From: Marsupella aquatica
Lineage: Eukaryota > Plantae > Marchantiophyta
Length of the DNA: 64,000 nucleotides
Assembly (NCBI GenBank): GCA_973895155.1
Contig: OZ316891.1
Span: forward strand, 22,085,168 to 22,149,167
Direction: 5' to 3'
In this document: one piece after another, positions 24,251 to 36,439 of the stretch
How the letters are laid out: every line of letters starts with the position of its first letter
Position numbering within the stretch: the first letter of the stretch is position 1
The notes under the pieces: generated by a model
The model's database searches: none
What the model was told of the DNA's origin: nothing
Seen by the model: the letters and a program-made list of their open reading frames with translations, nothing else
Position numbers and translations under genes: made by a program

Positions 24251-27200
24251 CACTTGCATCCTTTTTCAGATGTACATTCATCCAGCATCAGGAGTTCTAG
24301 CCCTACCACTCCATGGTGTTCTTACATGGCATCCAGACCAGGTGCACTTACCTCTATTCAACACTCACCGCTTCAGTCCAAGTGTTGGGGGGGAGGAGGT
24401 CCCTTGTAATGTGGCTGACATTATTTCTGAGTTTCATGGTGTGGATCAGACCAGAGCAACAAGTACAACAGGCCTTGGAGAGGCCTCATCACATTATCAG
24501 CAGCATGCTAGCAGCTTGGACAGTGGAGAGGCTGGCACTTCTGGCTCTTCAAGCACGAGTACATCAGGTCCTATTCCTAGTGTTGCGAACTACACATTCA
24601 TCATGGGCAACCACCTGAGTAAAAGGCAGAAGGACCAGCTGCTGAATTTGCTCCTCAAGCATGAGAATGTGTTTGCTTTCTCTATGAAGGACTTGGGTAA
24701 GTGCAAGACTATGCAGTTCTCCATTGAGTTGGCTGATGAAACACCTATCTTCAGGCAGAGACACCGTTTGAGTAAGCATGAGTGGCAGCTGGTGGATGAG
24801 AGGTGCCAAGAGCTCTATGAAGTTGGTCTTATTCAGCCATCTACATCAGATTTTGCGGCAGCTACAGTGATGCCAGCAAAGAAGGATTCCAGTGGATTGT
24901 GGACAGAGAAGCGCATGTGTGGGGACTACAGGCCATTGAACCTGGTCACACCCCAGGACAGGTACCCCATGTCGCGGCCAGAGGAGCTATTTGACAGCAT
25001 TGGAGACTCAGACATCTTCACTATTGTGGATCTAAGGCAAGGCTTCAACCAGATTTTGCTGCTTGCAAAGGACCGCAAGAAAACAACTTAATTTCCATGG
25101 TAGTAACCAACTATGGGAGTGGTTGGTGATGCCATTTGGCTTGAAGAATGCGCCCATATTCTTTCAAAGAGTCATGGACCAGGTTCTTCAAGGTGCTGAG
25201 TTTCTGAAATGCTACATTGATGATGTGTTGGTCCACAGCAAAGGATTTGACCAGCATCTACTTGACCTTGAGGAGCTATTCATGAGGCTTAAGAAGGTGA
25301 ACCTAAAGATACACCCCAAGAAGTGTGAATTTGCTGTCAGATCAGTAGTATATCTTGGGCATCGCATTCTTCCAAATGGAACCATGGCTCACTGGGCCAA
25401 GGTGGTATCCATCTTGGAAATGCCCACTCCTACCGATGTTCACACTTTGAGGCGTTTTATTGGGTTGTGCAATTACTACCGGATCTACATCAAAGATTTC
25501 AGTACCATTGCACACCCATTATGTGCTTTGTTGAAAAAGAATGTGACTTGGACATGGAGTGCACATGCTAAGGCAGCATTTGCCACTTTGAAGGAGAAGC
25601 TCTCAGAATACCCGGTGCTGAGAAGACCTGATTTCAGCAAGGTCTTTGTGCTACACACAGATTGGAGTGCCCTTGGGATTGGTGCCATTCTGGGCCAGCA
25701 TGATGAGGAAGGTAAAGAGTACGTCATTGCCTATGCATCCAGGAGCAACAATCAAGCAGAGAGTCATTATTCTTCTTATGAGGGTGAATGCCTTGCTGTT
25801 GTGTGGGCTGTCATACATTACAGGCCCTACCTCTATGGGACCAGGTTTGTTCTCTACACCGACCACCAGCCCTTGAAGTGGTTGATGACCAACGACAAGC
25901 TTACTGGCAAGCTTGCTCGTTGGGCACTCATACTCCAGGAGTATGATTTTGAGGTAATTCATAGGCCTGGTGTGACACATCAAAATGCTGACACTATGTC
26001 CCACAGCCCTTTGATTGCCTCTGATGATCCCTCAGATGCACGGCAGGATTTTGACCAGGTTTCCATCCTGCCTACATTTCATGCATCTACCTATCTTGCT
26101 TTGCTGCCATGCTACATCGTTGACCAACCTGTGGTGGACATATGGAAGGACAGCGACACTCTGAGATTTTTGTAGCATGGGGAGTACCCCACCCATGTTA
26201 CTGCTGCCCAGAGAGACCGAATTCAGTAAAGGTCCAAGCGCTACTTGTGGAAGGGAGATCATCTTGTGCGCTGCTTGCCAGACAGGGAAGTGGTGGTTCC
26301 ACCCATTCATGAGAGGGTTGGCCTTACCCGTAAGGTACATTCTGAGCTTGGTCATTTTGGTGTTAAGAGGACTTATAGCCTCTTGGTCCCCCATTATCAT
26401 TGGAAAGGCATGCATGGCCAGGTTCGAGATGTTATTGCCCGGTGTGAGCAGTGTGATAGGGTAAGGACTTCTTTCACATCTCGGCAACCCACACTTCATC
26501 CACTCCCTATTCAGGGCATGTTTTATTGTTGGTCATGTGATTTGGCTGGAGAATTACCCCTCACATCTTGGGGTAATCTCTACATCATGATCATGATAGA
26601 GCATTTCTCCAAGTGGATAGAACTTGTGGCATTGCCGGATAAGACCTCCCGTAGCACCAGCCAAGCATTCCTACAACAAGTTCTCAGCCGCTTTGGAGCT
26701 TGTGCAGAATGTCTCACTGACCAGGGCTCAGAGTTTAGAGGAGAGTTCCAGGAGCTGCTTGATCAGGCCCTCATTGATCATCGCTGGACATCACGAGATC
26801 ACCCACAGGCAGATGGCTTGGCAGAGCGCATGGTTCAGACATGCAAGAAGGGCCTTTGGAAGATCTGCCTCACCAAAAACAAGGAGGATTGGGACCTGGC
26901 CTTACCCTACATTACCATGGGGTATAGGATGTCTAGACATGCATCACTGTCTAACTTTTCTCCCTACTTCTTGTTGTTTGGTCGTCACCCAGTTCCACCT
27001 TCTGCTATTGCTGCTCACATGCTTCAGGTGGTGGACTTGGATTCAGCTGTGACTTGGTCTGATGTGATCTCTGAGAGGGCTGCCCTATTCAGGAGGGTTA
27101 TGCCCATGGCCATGGAGAATTTGGCCATTGCACAGCACAGGGACACATTGCATTATGCACACACACGACGGGGCACTTTTCAGCCCAAGGTCAGGAAGTT

Positions 27201-27455
27201 TGATGTGGGAGATTTTGTGTACTTGCAGCGGCAAGCTAACGACACCCTAGACACCTCTACCAGTCGTACTATTCTCAAGGTTAAAGCTATTCGACCGTCT
27301 GGAGTGCTGACAGGTCAAAGCGGTCGAATAGCGTCTGGAGTGTTGACAATAAGCGCATAATTGTTGACAATGCCAAGAACTGCGCCCCTTGTCATCTGCC
27401 TAACCTGGATCCCACCATTGTGACTTCTACTTGGATTCCACCTGTGGACTACCCT

Positions 27456-27590
27456 TGCAAAGTGTGTTTGCGAATTGATGATGCTGACCAGATGCTGCTG
27501 TGTGACAATTGCAATGGAGGGTACCATCTTTTCTGCCTTTGGCCTGAACTTACTCAGGTGCCAAAAGGATTATGGTTTTGCCCTTCCTGT
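27456..27590 (+). other. E1 PHD finger at integrase C-terminus
   Basis: CKVC...MLLCDNCNGGYHLFCL.P....PKGLWFCPSC is a canonical C4HC3. Confidence 0.92.
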
Positions 27591-27640
27591 GCTCCACGTG
27601 CTACCTGACTTTTCTTCAGCCCTCCTTTTGGCTGTGGTCT

Positions 27641-27647
27641 GGGGGGG
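27641..27647 (+). promoter_or_regulatory. E1 putative polypurine tract
   Basis: G7 immediately precedes the first base of repeat B1. Confidence 0.6.
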
Positions 27648-28358
27648 ATACAGAGGTTTACACCTCCACTACGTACATACCACCTCATTTGCTTTTTCTT
27701 GGCACTTGTAAATGTGATGAGACTTTTTCTATGCATGTTGGTTGCTAGCAGCTTGCACATGTGCATTGCCAGTGCTTTGTATGTTTTTGATACACTATGG
27801 CTACGATACTATATGTCACGACAGCTGTCATGCCGAGGGACAGTGCCTCTTATGCGCATCGGCATGTCCCTCGCATGCCCGCTAGGTATGTAGTTAGGGC
27901 TAGTGTACTACTTGAGTTAGCGACATGTTCTTATAGCAAATTCCAGGCGTTCTTGAAGCAAACGCGCTTGTTAGTGTGCCGCCGGGACTTTGTTTACTTA
28001 GGGCATGTCTTTCTTTGCCATTTCTCAATTCTTCTTGAATCGCTGTTGACAGAGCTCAGACAGTGCTTGTTGGTTCCGTACACGGGATTCACACAGTGAT
28101 TCGTTAGATGCTCCCGGCCGATCTTGGCATCTCGCCGGTTTCGATTTGATTTCAGTATGCTTGTTTCTCTTACGCCTTTTATATACAGAGGTTTACACCT
28201 CCATTACGTACATACCACCTCATTTGCTTTTTCTTGGCACTTGTAAATGTGATGAGACTTTTTCTATGCATGTTGGTTGCTAGCAGCTTGCACATGTGCA
28301 TTGCCAGTGCTTTGTATGTTTTTGATACACTATGGCTACGATACTATATGTCATGACA
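27648..28358 (+). repeat. E1 3' repeat block B1(27648-27823)-GC-A2(27826-28182)-B2(28183-28358)
   Basis: B1 and B2 are near-identical 176-bp repeats (atacagagg...tgtca(c/t)gaca). The junction reads GACA-GC-TGTC. Confidence 0.95.
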
Positions 28359-28459
28359 ACATTAAAATATTGGGCTAGTTCATTTTGAAAAGATTAACCA
28401 AAGTCCAAAGGGGTGAAAGCAAAGGTCTAAAGAGGACAAATCCCAACCTAAATGTCGAT

Positions 28460-28792
28460 TGTCACACCATTATGAGTGGTAGTATAGGATATCGGACTAT
28501 GTAGGTTTGAGGCTTTCATATGTGTGTTATCTAAGTATTTTAGGGTTAATGTATGTTTGTGAGGGATAGTTATATATCTCTAAGTTGTGTTGGCTCAAAG
28601 GTCTCATCTTTTGATGTTGAGCCTTTCGAGCACAAACTCTAGCGGCTATGGTGTGGCTGTCTAGGTTGTGTGTACGTAACGTGGATTCCTTGAGGCAGAA
28701 GGTGCGTTTGGCTTGACATAAGTGTGTGATCGCGTCGGGCAGGATTGTGTGTTGGATTAGCATCAATCATTGTTTGATTGCTCTTGAAGATT
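28460..28792 (+). repeat. E2 repeat A1 (contains TATATAT at 28571 and putative transcript start ~28606)
   Basis: Near-identical to 50747-51076. Confidence 0.95.
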
Positions 28793-28804
28793 ACATCAAA
28801 AGAT
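28793..28804 (+). promoter_or_regulatory. E2 putative self-priming primer-binding site
   Basis: ACATCAAAAGAT directly after A1 is the exact reverse complement of ATCTTTTGATGT at 28606-28617. Confidence 0.75.
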
Positions 28805-29454
28805 CGGCTTCAAACTCTATTGTGCAGACTGTGCAGACATAAGTTTGATTTCATTTTGGTTTTGTTGTTGACGATTCATGGTAGCTCGGATCGGGTGTTT
28901 TTATTGAACGGATCGTTGGTATCTCAATCTATTGCAAGTTGGTGCGGCGCTTGCGTAGTTCAAGTGAAGCTTCAAGTTGTTGTTGCTAAGTTGCGGTTTT
29001 GGAGTTGTGGTCTTCATTGATATGCATTGCTGCATTGTGGAGGACTGATTGTGTGATCGACAAGCGGATGTTGCTGTTGACAATTGTGTGTGAGACGGAC
29101 GATGGCGTCTTGTCCTATTTTGTGAAGGGAAAGTAGTCGGATGTGCGACTCTTTGAGGTTTTGATTGAGGTGGTTTGATTGGGAGCCCGATAGTTGATTA
29201 TGTTTACAATTTTTGTAGGATGCAGTTATGATTTGCATCAAGTTCCTTGTTGATGGATAGTGTGTTTCTATGAACGAAACAACGTTGAATGTTGGTGAAT
29301 TGTGTTGGCGGCGCGCGACAAGATAAGGCACCGCGGAGAGGCAAGGCGGCTGTGACTTAGGGCACAGAGGAAACAACAAATAGTGAATAGTGATTTTCCC
29401 GTCAATTGTGGCGTGTTTAGCACATGACTTGAGCGAAGAGAGTCTTGGTGGGGA

Positions 29455-29783
29455 GGCACCCACAACCCACGGCCTGTGGCCGATTCATCTTGGTTGTGTG
29501 GGTGGGCACCCACAGCCCACGGCCTGTGGCCGATTCATCTTGGTTGTGTGGGTTGGCACCCACAGCCCACGGCTTGTGGCCTCTTGCAGTTTGGTTGCGT
29601 GGGTAGTCACCCACAGCCCACGGCCTGTGGCCGATTCATCTTGGTTGTGTGGGTTGGCACCCACAGCCCATGGCTTGTGGCCTCTTGCAGTTTGGTTGCG
29701 TGGGTAGTCACCCACAGCCCACGGCCTGTGGCCGATTCATCTTGTTTGTGTGAGTAGGTACCCACAGCCCCTGGCTTGTGGCC
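29455..29783 (+). repeat. E2 5'-leader tandem array (~50-bp units, ~7 copies)
   Basis: Repeated cacccacagcccacggc(c/t)tgtggcc followed by two alternating spacer types. Confidence 0.92.
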
Positions 29784-29991
29784 TAGGGTTTTGGAATCAC
29801 AATCTTCCAATAATGCAAAGCTACTTGGTGAACAACGGACCGGTTTCACTTGAAGTGGAGTGCAGTTTTGGCCAACAACATTGCTAGCAGATACCAGTGG
29901 AGCTTCATATAGTGATTTTGACAAGGGCTCTGTAGCCAACTCTCCTCATCATTAGGTTGTTGCACCATTGTTGTGGGATATGGAGGAGACG

Positions 29992-31499
29992 TATGGGTCC
30001 ACTAAGGGCCCTAGGAGATACTCTGGTGCAGTTGGCACAATTGATTTGGATGATTTCATCCAAGATTTTGATACGTGGTGTGATATGCAAACAATGCGTA
30101 ATGCCACATTGTTTAGACCTTTCATGGCATGAAAAGGGTTGTTTCAGCATTTGGAGGGTCCACCCATGGATGATTACCATGAGTTTTGGAAGACCCATTT
30201 GGCTGATATTGAGATATGGAGACAACACTGGTCACCAAACTATGTGTCCATCACTTACGGCACAAGTGCGGTTTCTCAACCTGTTGCCCCAACTTTTGCT
30301 TCTTCTAGTAGCACTAGCCAGAGTGGCACTCCACCAACATCCACCGTTACTCCTACCGGTGCAATTGTGGGTGGGAGTGGAGTTGTGCCAACATTTAACC
30401 CTATGGTGAAGTTCTTTGATGTGTTGAAGTAGAACTACCAGGGTGTGAGAACTGATAAGTTGAAGGGTCTTCAAGATTTTCAGCGCAAGACTGGAGAGAG
30501 TCTACACAAAGCATACACTCGTATGCGAAGATATATTAATTACAGTCACCAAGGGAGTGACAGAGGCCCAAGTAGTTCAATTTTGGTATGCAATTTTGGA
30601 TAGAGAGTTGCGGCGTAGAGTAAGAGACGCCACTCTATTGAGGGATTCAGATTCCACATTGGCTGTTGTTTTTGCACTAGCCGAGCGCATTGAGCTCTAT
30701 ATGGTGAATGAGAAGGTGGTGACTTCCGGATTTGTCAAGGAAGGCTCACCAAAGGTTGCATCTACACCCACACTGCAACCTACTGTAAGGAAGAGCCAGA
30801 GGGAGAAGCCTACAACATGGGAATCTACTAGTTAGAGACCTGTGCCCTCCTATGCTGGACAACAGTCATGATGTTAGACTTGTGGTGGGGATCATGCATG
30901 AAGATATTGCCAAGATAATAGAGGGTCCGGAGGGGCATCTATGCCCGATCAACGATTATGTGATCATTGTGGAGTTTCTGGTCACACCAAGGATAGGTGT
31001 TTTATACTCCATCCTGAACTACAACGGGGAGGATCATGTACGTATGATCAGGGAAGAGGAGGTAGAGGTGGTGGTCGCGGCCGAGGTATGCCATATGCAA
31101 GGAGACAAGGAGGTGATGCTCCTGCCACTACCATAGATCCAAAGGATGAAAAGATTGCTCAATTGGAGCAACAACTAGCTGCCATGGCGAGTTCTCAGGT
31201 TAGACCTACTTCTGGTGATGGAGCCTCTACATCTTATGGAGCTGACGGAGACTTGGCCACCATGGGATTCATGTGTGACATTGCCCATGTTGATGCATTG
31301 GCAACTTTGACTCGAGGAGCAACCAAAGCCCTTGAGCCCCGAGGAGCAATGGTAGAGTTGGATCCTCAAAGGGGGGAAGCTTGTCGTCAAACGAAGCTTC
31401 CCCAATCATTTACATTGTTAGAGGCAGTTTAAACTAACTCTATAAACCCGGTTAAGACAAATCCAAGTGTGGATAAGTTGGTGGAATTGGATAATGTTG
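29992..31499 (+). pseudogene. E2 Gag region
   Basis: SGAVGTIDLDDFIQDFDTW aligns to E1 SGRPGTVSLCEFKSTF. Also has the zinc knuckle CDHCGVSGHTKDRC, an RGG tract and LPQSF (E1 MPQSF). Contains stops and frameshifts. Confidence 0.8.
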
Positions 31500-34400
31500 T
31501 GTCGCGTCCCTAACCCAGGCCTTAAATCCAGTTTAGTTCCATGGCGCGACTTTGACCACCAGTAAGGGTGAGGGTTCGGGCAAGGAGGTGTGTAGCGGCC
31601 TCGATTAGCCCCTAGTCGGGCTAATGTAATATACTTACGGGTATAACCCTTACGCAATTCGTACTAGTCATAGGTATATTTGTTTTCCACCGCTGGAATT
31701 TTCCCACAGTTAGTGACTCGGACTAACTCCCGGCTTGGGGCTTTCAAGCCATCGACGCAACAGAACCTTGTGACATGCAATGGGTGGCAATCCCTACCAT
31801 TAGTCTGCACCCGGTACGTCCCTTGAAATGACGCCTTTGCCCAGACAAAGCATACACACAACACCAGTTACTCGCAGAAACATTATAGGGAAAAGACTAC
31901 ATTTACTCAGCAAAGCATCAGTTTACATGGTTGACTCGACTTCTAAGGGGGTCAACAGGCCCAACGGCAGTCAATGCCCAGTCTCTACGAGGCCCCGCCT
32001 TGCACTTGCTCGACAAGCTCGACTCTGGCTCTCACTCCTTGGTGCGCTCTGACCCTGCTCAGGCCGGAACTCCCCGTGTCTCGCCTTTTCTTCTACTAAG
32101 ATAACTAAGCCTTCTCCCCCTCCCATAGCGGAAGGGGAAGCCTAAATACTACGGTTGCGGAAGGAAACCGGAGGATACTACCTTCTGGGATAATACCTAC
32201 TGACTAACTACCTATTGACTAACTACCTTCTGACTAGTTGACCGTCGTCAACAAGGGTGCTGACCGACATGGCAGCAGCAAAGCCTACTGACAACAAGCT
32301 AGTCCGTTGATGGACTCCATCCTACGTTGGCTGATCCTAACTGATTTGGTCCTAACTCTTCCTACTGCCGCTAATCGGCGCCTAATGACGGCTATTCTGT
32401 CGTTACGCCTGACCAGAAGATGCCGCTGACTCAACTGCCTTGCGTGGCGCCTGCTCCCACCCTTCGCTAAGCACCTCTTACGTGTGTGCTGTGGTCGGAC
32501 CAAGGTTTGTCCCCCTGTCGAGGCGAGACCTCGAGCCGTCTTGATCAGAGGTGGGCCCAGGTTTTCCCCTTTGGAGGACAAGTAGGGTAACGCGATCCTG
32601 CAAGGCCTTGTTGTCCCGTACCGCCGCCTCTGCCTCATTTGCGGCTTCATCGGCTTTTGTCTGGAGCCAAGCTACCTCCAGGTTGAGCTGGGTGATGGAG
32701 TTGCGATGGGCCTGGTCCTGCGCCCGCAATTTATCCCGTTCGGCGGAGAGACTAGCCACCTGCTGAGCCGCCTGCATGAATTGGTTGTTGAGGTCGATTA
32801 GGCTGGTAACCCGAGCCGAGGATTCTGAGCGCAATTGAAGCACAGTATCATTCAGCTTCTTGAGATCTTCTTGTGCCCCGCTCAACTCCTGGGTTAGTCC
32901 GTCTCGCTGTTCGATGGTGCAAACTAACTCCTCACGGCGGGTAGTGGCCTCCTCCTCGAGGTGTTCTACTAGCATTTGGAGGCGCCCGATCTCATTCCCT
33001 TTGGCCATGAGTTCTTCTTCCAAGCGGCTTACGATCCGGGGTTGGTGCTCTAACATGAAGAAGGCTGGTTGAAAGTACGTCGAGACTTGTTGTCCGATGT
33101 ACGTTGCCAGCTCCCCAGACATAGTCTGGCTATACTTCTGGACCAGGTCGTAGGCCATGGTCCCCGGGGCTACGTGGTAGTCCTCCATCCTCTCGGGTAC
33201 TGGTGGTTCCTCAGTCGGGGCAACGATCTCCTTCGTAGTCTGCGCTGGGGAGGGGAAGGTTTCTTTCGGTGGTGGAGGGATTGGGGGTGGTTGCACTGCG
33301 GGTAGCGGAGGCTCGACGGAAGGGGGCGGCGGAATCACAACAGGAGGAGGTGGCGGAGTATTAGTCGGGGCCTCCGCTGTTTAGGGTTTTCCCGAGGGAT
33401 GGTAGTCCGTGCACTCGGGGTTGCCTCCTCTGGGGTGGGGGTGACATTAGTCGGGGCTGAGGTGGCCATATTCTTTCCTTTGGCCTCCCGCCGTGCCTTG
33501 TACCAGGCGAGGATGATGGCGATATGACTTCCCAAGTAAGTCTTCCCCCCAATAGCCATACCACTTTGAGCCCGCTTCAGCTCCCCCGAGAATCTACGAT
33601 AAAAGAACTGGGCCCAGTTCCGCCATTTGTACTGTTCCACCTGCACGATCGTGCAGAGGGAGATCTCGGATTGTGGCTCAATCATGTGTAGGGTAGTCCG
33701 TATGAAGTTAAGCCGCTCCATGCAGATTAAGTTGGTGCACGACCCCTGCTTGTATCCGTTGTCCGTCTTACCCTCGGGTTTGAAGTGCCGCGGTGTATAC
33801 TCCTTATCCTGAATTTGGAGTTTGACCGGCACCGGCCCAGTTGGCAGGCAGAAGATCTGTGCTAGCCGATGCTCCGTGAGTGTTAAGGTCTACCCTGAAA
33901 CCTTGGTGGTCAATGCGTCAGAGTCGAAATTGGACATGAACTCGCAAATCTGCTTTGGCCCGGCGGCGCACGGTCTCCATAGCAAGTGAGCAAACTGCTC
34001 CAACTGATGCTCCTTGAGATAGTCCGCGTGTTTGAGTTTCTTGATCGAGATCCAGACTACTTTGGGGACGTAGATCACCTGTAATAAGTTGGACTTTGGG
34101 TTATCCGGGGGCCGCCGGGTCTGGTTGGCCGGGGGGTTTGTCGGGGAAGGTGTAGGCGCGGTGTTGGTTTGCGTTGTCGATTCGGGGACCGGCGTCGTCC
34201 TTGCCCGCTTATGAGAACGCTGCTCGAGTTGCGGACTAACTTGCTCGGAACCCAAAAAACACACGGCGTTGATTACTGGACGGACTTGAGGCCGGTTCGG
34301 AGGTACGCCGGTGGTCATCAACTAAGGTGCTGGGGGTGGTGCCGGGGTAGCCATATCCCAGTTGAAGGCGTTGGAGCTTTCCCCGAGGAATGTAAGATTA

Positions 34401-35334
34401 CGTGCAGCTTCTCGTTGTCTGCTGATGTCTTCTTGGCGCTTTTCGGCTGCGATCTGCTGGTCTAGGTACCCGGAATCTTGTCGAACTCCGCTTGAGTAAG
34501 CCGCTGGTTGCCCTTCAGCCTACAGAACTTTGCAGGGACTTCAAGAATTGCCTTTGCTACCGATCTGAGCCCTTCCTCACTGAGATATAGCTCGGTGATG
34601 TAGTCTCACAGCTCGTTGTAATTGTAGTCCCTGGTGATGGCCGTCTTCTCGCAATTAACCAGTGCTACCTTGGCCACCAGCTTCGCGTATCTTTGTTCGT
34701 AAGCGGCTTTCTCGGGGCAGGAGTACCAATAAGTCTTGGAGAACTTAGCACCTACCTCGCCAAACAAGGTCCAAAATCCCAAGGATGTAAGGGTCATACT
34801 AACCTTTGTAGTCCGGTTCGTCGAGTCCGCGTTCCCACCCGGCTGGTCCTCTTGCTTGTGGAGGCCTTACTCGTCCTGACTAAATCTCGCCACATTCCGC
34901 ACTCATCCCTCGATAATCTCCTTGTAAAGGTCAGCTTGATTCGAGCAAAAAGGCAAGTGAATGGCAGCGTCTGCAAATTCCAAAAGGTAGAAATGAGCAA
35001 ATGACCCGCAGCACCGTTGGCTCCTCTCTTATGGAGGTGCCAGGGTGAGCCCAGGCGTGAGAAGGCCAGGCCATTTTGGTCGTTGATAATGAGCTAAAGT
35101 TGGCACCTCGGTCCAAGCGTGATTCTCCAAACGGATTTTTACTCCGCCGCCGCCACCGTACCTCGGTCGCGAGTAATACTCCTCCTCCTAAATTTGTAAT
35201 CATTTGGTCCACTTAACCTACTCCTATTCTATTCATAATGGCAACGGACGGCTATACGTGCTATTCTACTCTACGACTACGGTCCTAATGACCGTATAAG
35301 ACCTAATCTACGTCCTAGGTTTTGTTAAGTGACA
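31500..35334. mobile_element. 3.8-kb TG...CA insert (solo-LTR-like) with antisense ORFs, nested in E2
   Basis: Starts TGTCGC and ends GTGACA. It interrupts E2 between Gag and protease. Flanks TGTTG/CGTTA may be a degenerate TSD. Confidence 0.7.
32478..34321 (-). pseudogene. Plant-transposon-associated protein (Transposase_32/PMD-like globular domain, Pro-rich linker, coiled coil), interrupted
   Basis: ORFs 33890-34321 and 33335-33832 are in frame across one TAG, then frameshift into 32478-33338 (heptad-rich). Motifs ICEFMSNF..TKVSG.TLTLTEHRLAQIFCLP and NWAQFFY..TYLGSHI. The family assignment is by eye only. Confidence 0.55.
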
Positions 35335-36439
35335 CGTTACCCGTGTCATATGTTGCAACAAGGATGGCAAGTACCTTGCTGGGGGCGGCCACAAATATTG
35401 TGCGCACCTCGTTATTTTCAGCAACATATATGGCATTGGGAGTTAGTCCAGCTGAAGTGTTCAGATTGGCAGCCACATTATGTGAAGGAACTCCAGTTGT
35501 TCCTTCTCGTGCATAGACAGTGCCTAATTCTGAAGTTGTGGAGTTGACTCCACCTATTGCTAGTGGTGAAACATGGCAAGCAGCAGCGGCGAGGTTGATG
35601 GAGTTACCAGCACGCCCTGCCTTTGAGAGAACTAGGTTTAAACCTAGTGTGGTATCATTGGATAATCAAAGTGGTATCTTCCGATTAGTTGGGCCTTTTG
35701 GAGCGATATACCAGCCAGAACGAGTGTTATTGGATACTGGTGCTCAGCCCTTGATGTTGGGTAAGACTGCGATACAAGGATTGGGATGCGTCCAAATGAT
35801 TTGGAGGAGTGTCCCTTTCCCATTCAGACTTCATTGGGAGGACCTACACCCAAACAACATATCACCAAACGAGCACTTGAACTTAGGATTCAAGAGGATC
35901 ATCCAAAGGATAACTCACGGATCCAGGCTCAAGCTATTTTGACTAAGGCTGAGTCATATGATGTGTTAGTGGGATGTACGATACTTTATCCTATGGGATT
36001 TGTTCCTAATTTTTGGGATGAGTCGGTGTCGTATCGACCCGATTGGCAATCTGGAGATGCTTGGTTGAGCCAATTGCAAGTGGGATTTAGTGGACCTGTG
36101 GGAGGTCCTAAATCTGCACCATTGTCTTTGGCAGCATTCAGTAGTTTGATTATTGGATTTGATGAGTTGATTAAAGGTAATGCACATGCAGCAGATGTTT
36201 CGGCAATGGAGGAGCCACGTGAGGAACACATGACGGGTGTATTACTTGTTGATACTATTGTGGCACCAGTACGGGGTACTGGAGAGGCCTTGCAACAAAA
36301 TGTGACCCAATTGATACATGATGCCTGACGTCATGCTTTTACACCGGAGTCAGGAGCACAACAGTCTTTTGCAGATGGACCGGTAACCCTTTCACCATTG
36401 GATACCACTCCTATTGTGTGGTAGTATCCAGAGGAGGGT

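Larger units (their letters stand above)
21011..27608 (+). pseudogene. E1 Gag-PR-(deleted DNMT)-RT-RNaseH-integrase-PHD polyprotein, with stops and frameshifts
   Basis: Zinc knuckles CNYCGNPNHKANEC and xDFCGKVGHLEAVC; protease MLDTSAQP (~23382); RT KRMCGDYRPLN, MPFGLKNAP, YIDD (~25213); RNaseH LHTDWS...YEGECLAV...TDHQPL; integrase HxxxGH-CxxC, DLAG, LTDQGSEF, QADGLAERM; C-terminal C4HC3. Confidence 0.93.
19225..28358 (+). mobile_element. Ty3/gypsy-type retroelement E1 with split terminal repeats (A-internal-B-GC-A-B), degenerate
   Basis: Starts TGTCATG and ends TGACA. 4-bp TSD ACAT at 19221-19224 and 28359-28362. Contains gag-pol remnants with RT, RNaseH and DDE integrase. Confidence 0.95.

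Noticed and set aside
19225-28358. DIRS/Ngaro tyrosine-recombinase element suggested by split repeats
   Set aside because: No YR motifs were seen. A HHCC plus DDE integrase and 4-bp TSDs are present.
27826-28358. Ordinary LTR (A+B) with a truncated 5' LTR or a solo LTR inserted in the 3' end
   Set aside because: The TSD brackets A1 start to B2 end, the PPT precedes B1, the primer site follows A1, and the identical arrangement recurs in the diverged E2.
29455-29783. CRISPR-like repeat/spacer appearance
   Set aside because: Spacers are themselves repeated (two alternating types), there are no cas genes and the context is a eukaryotic retroelement.
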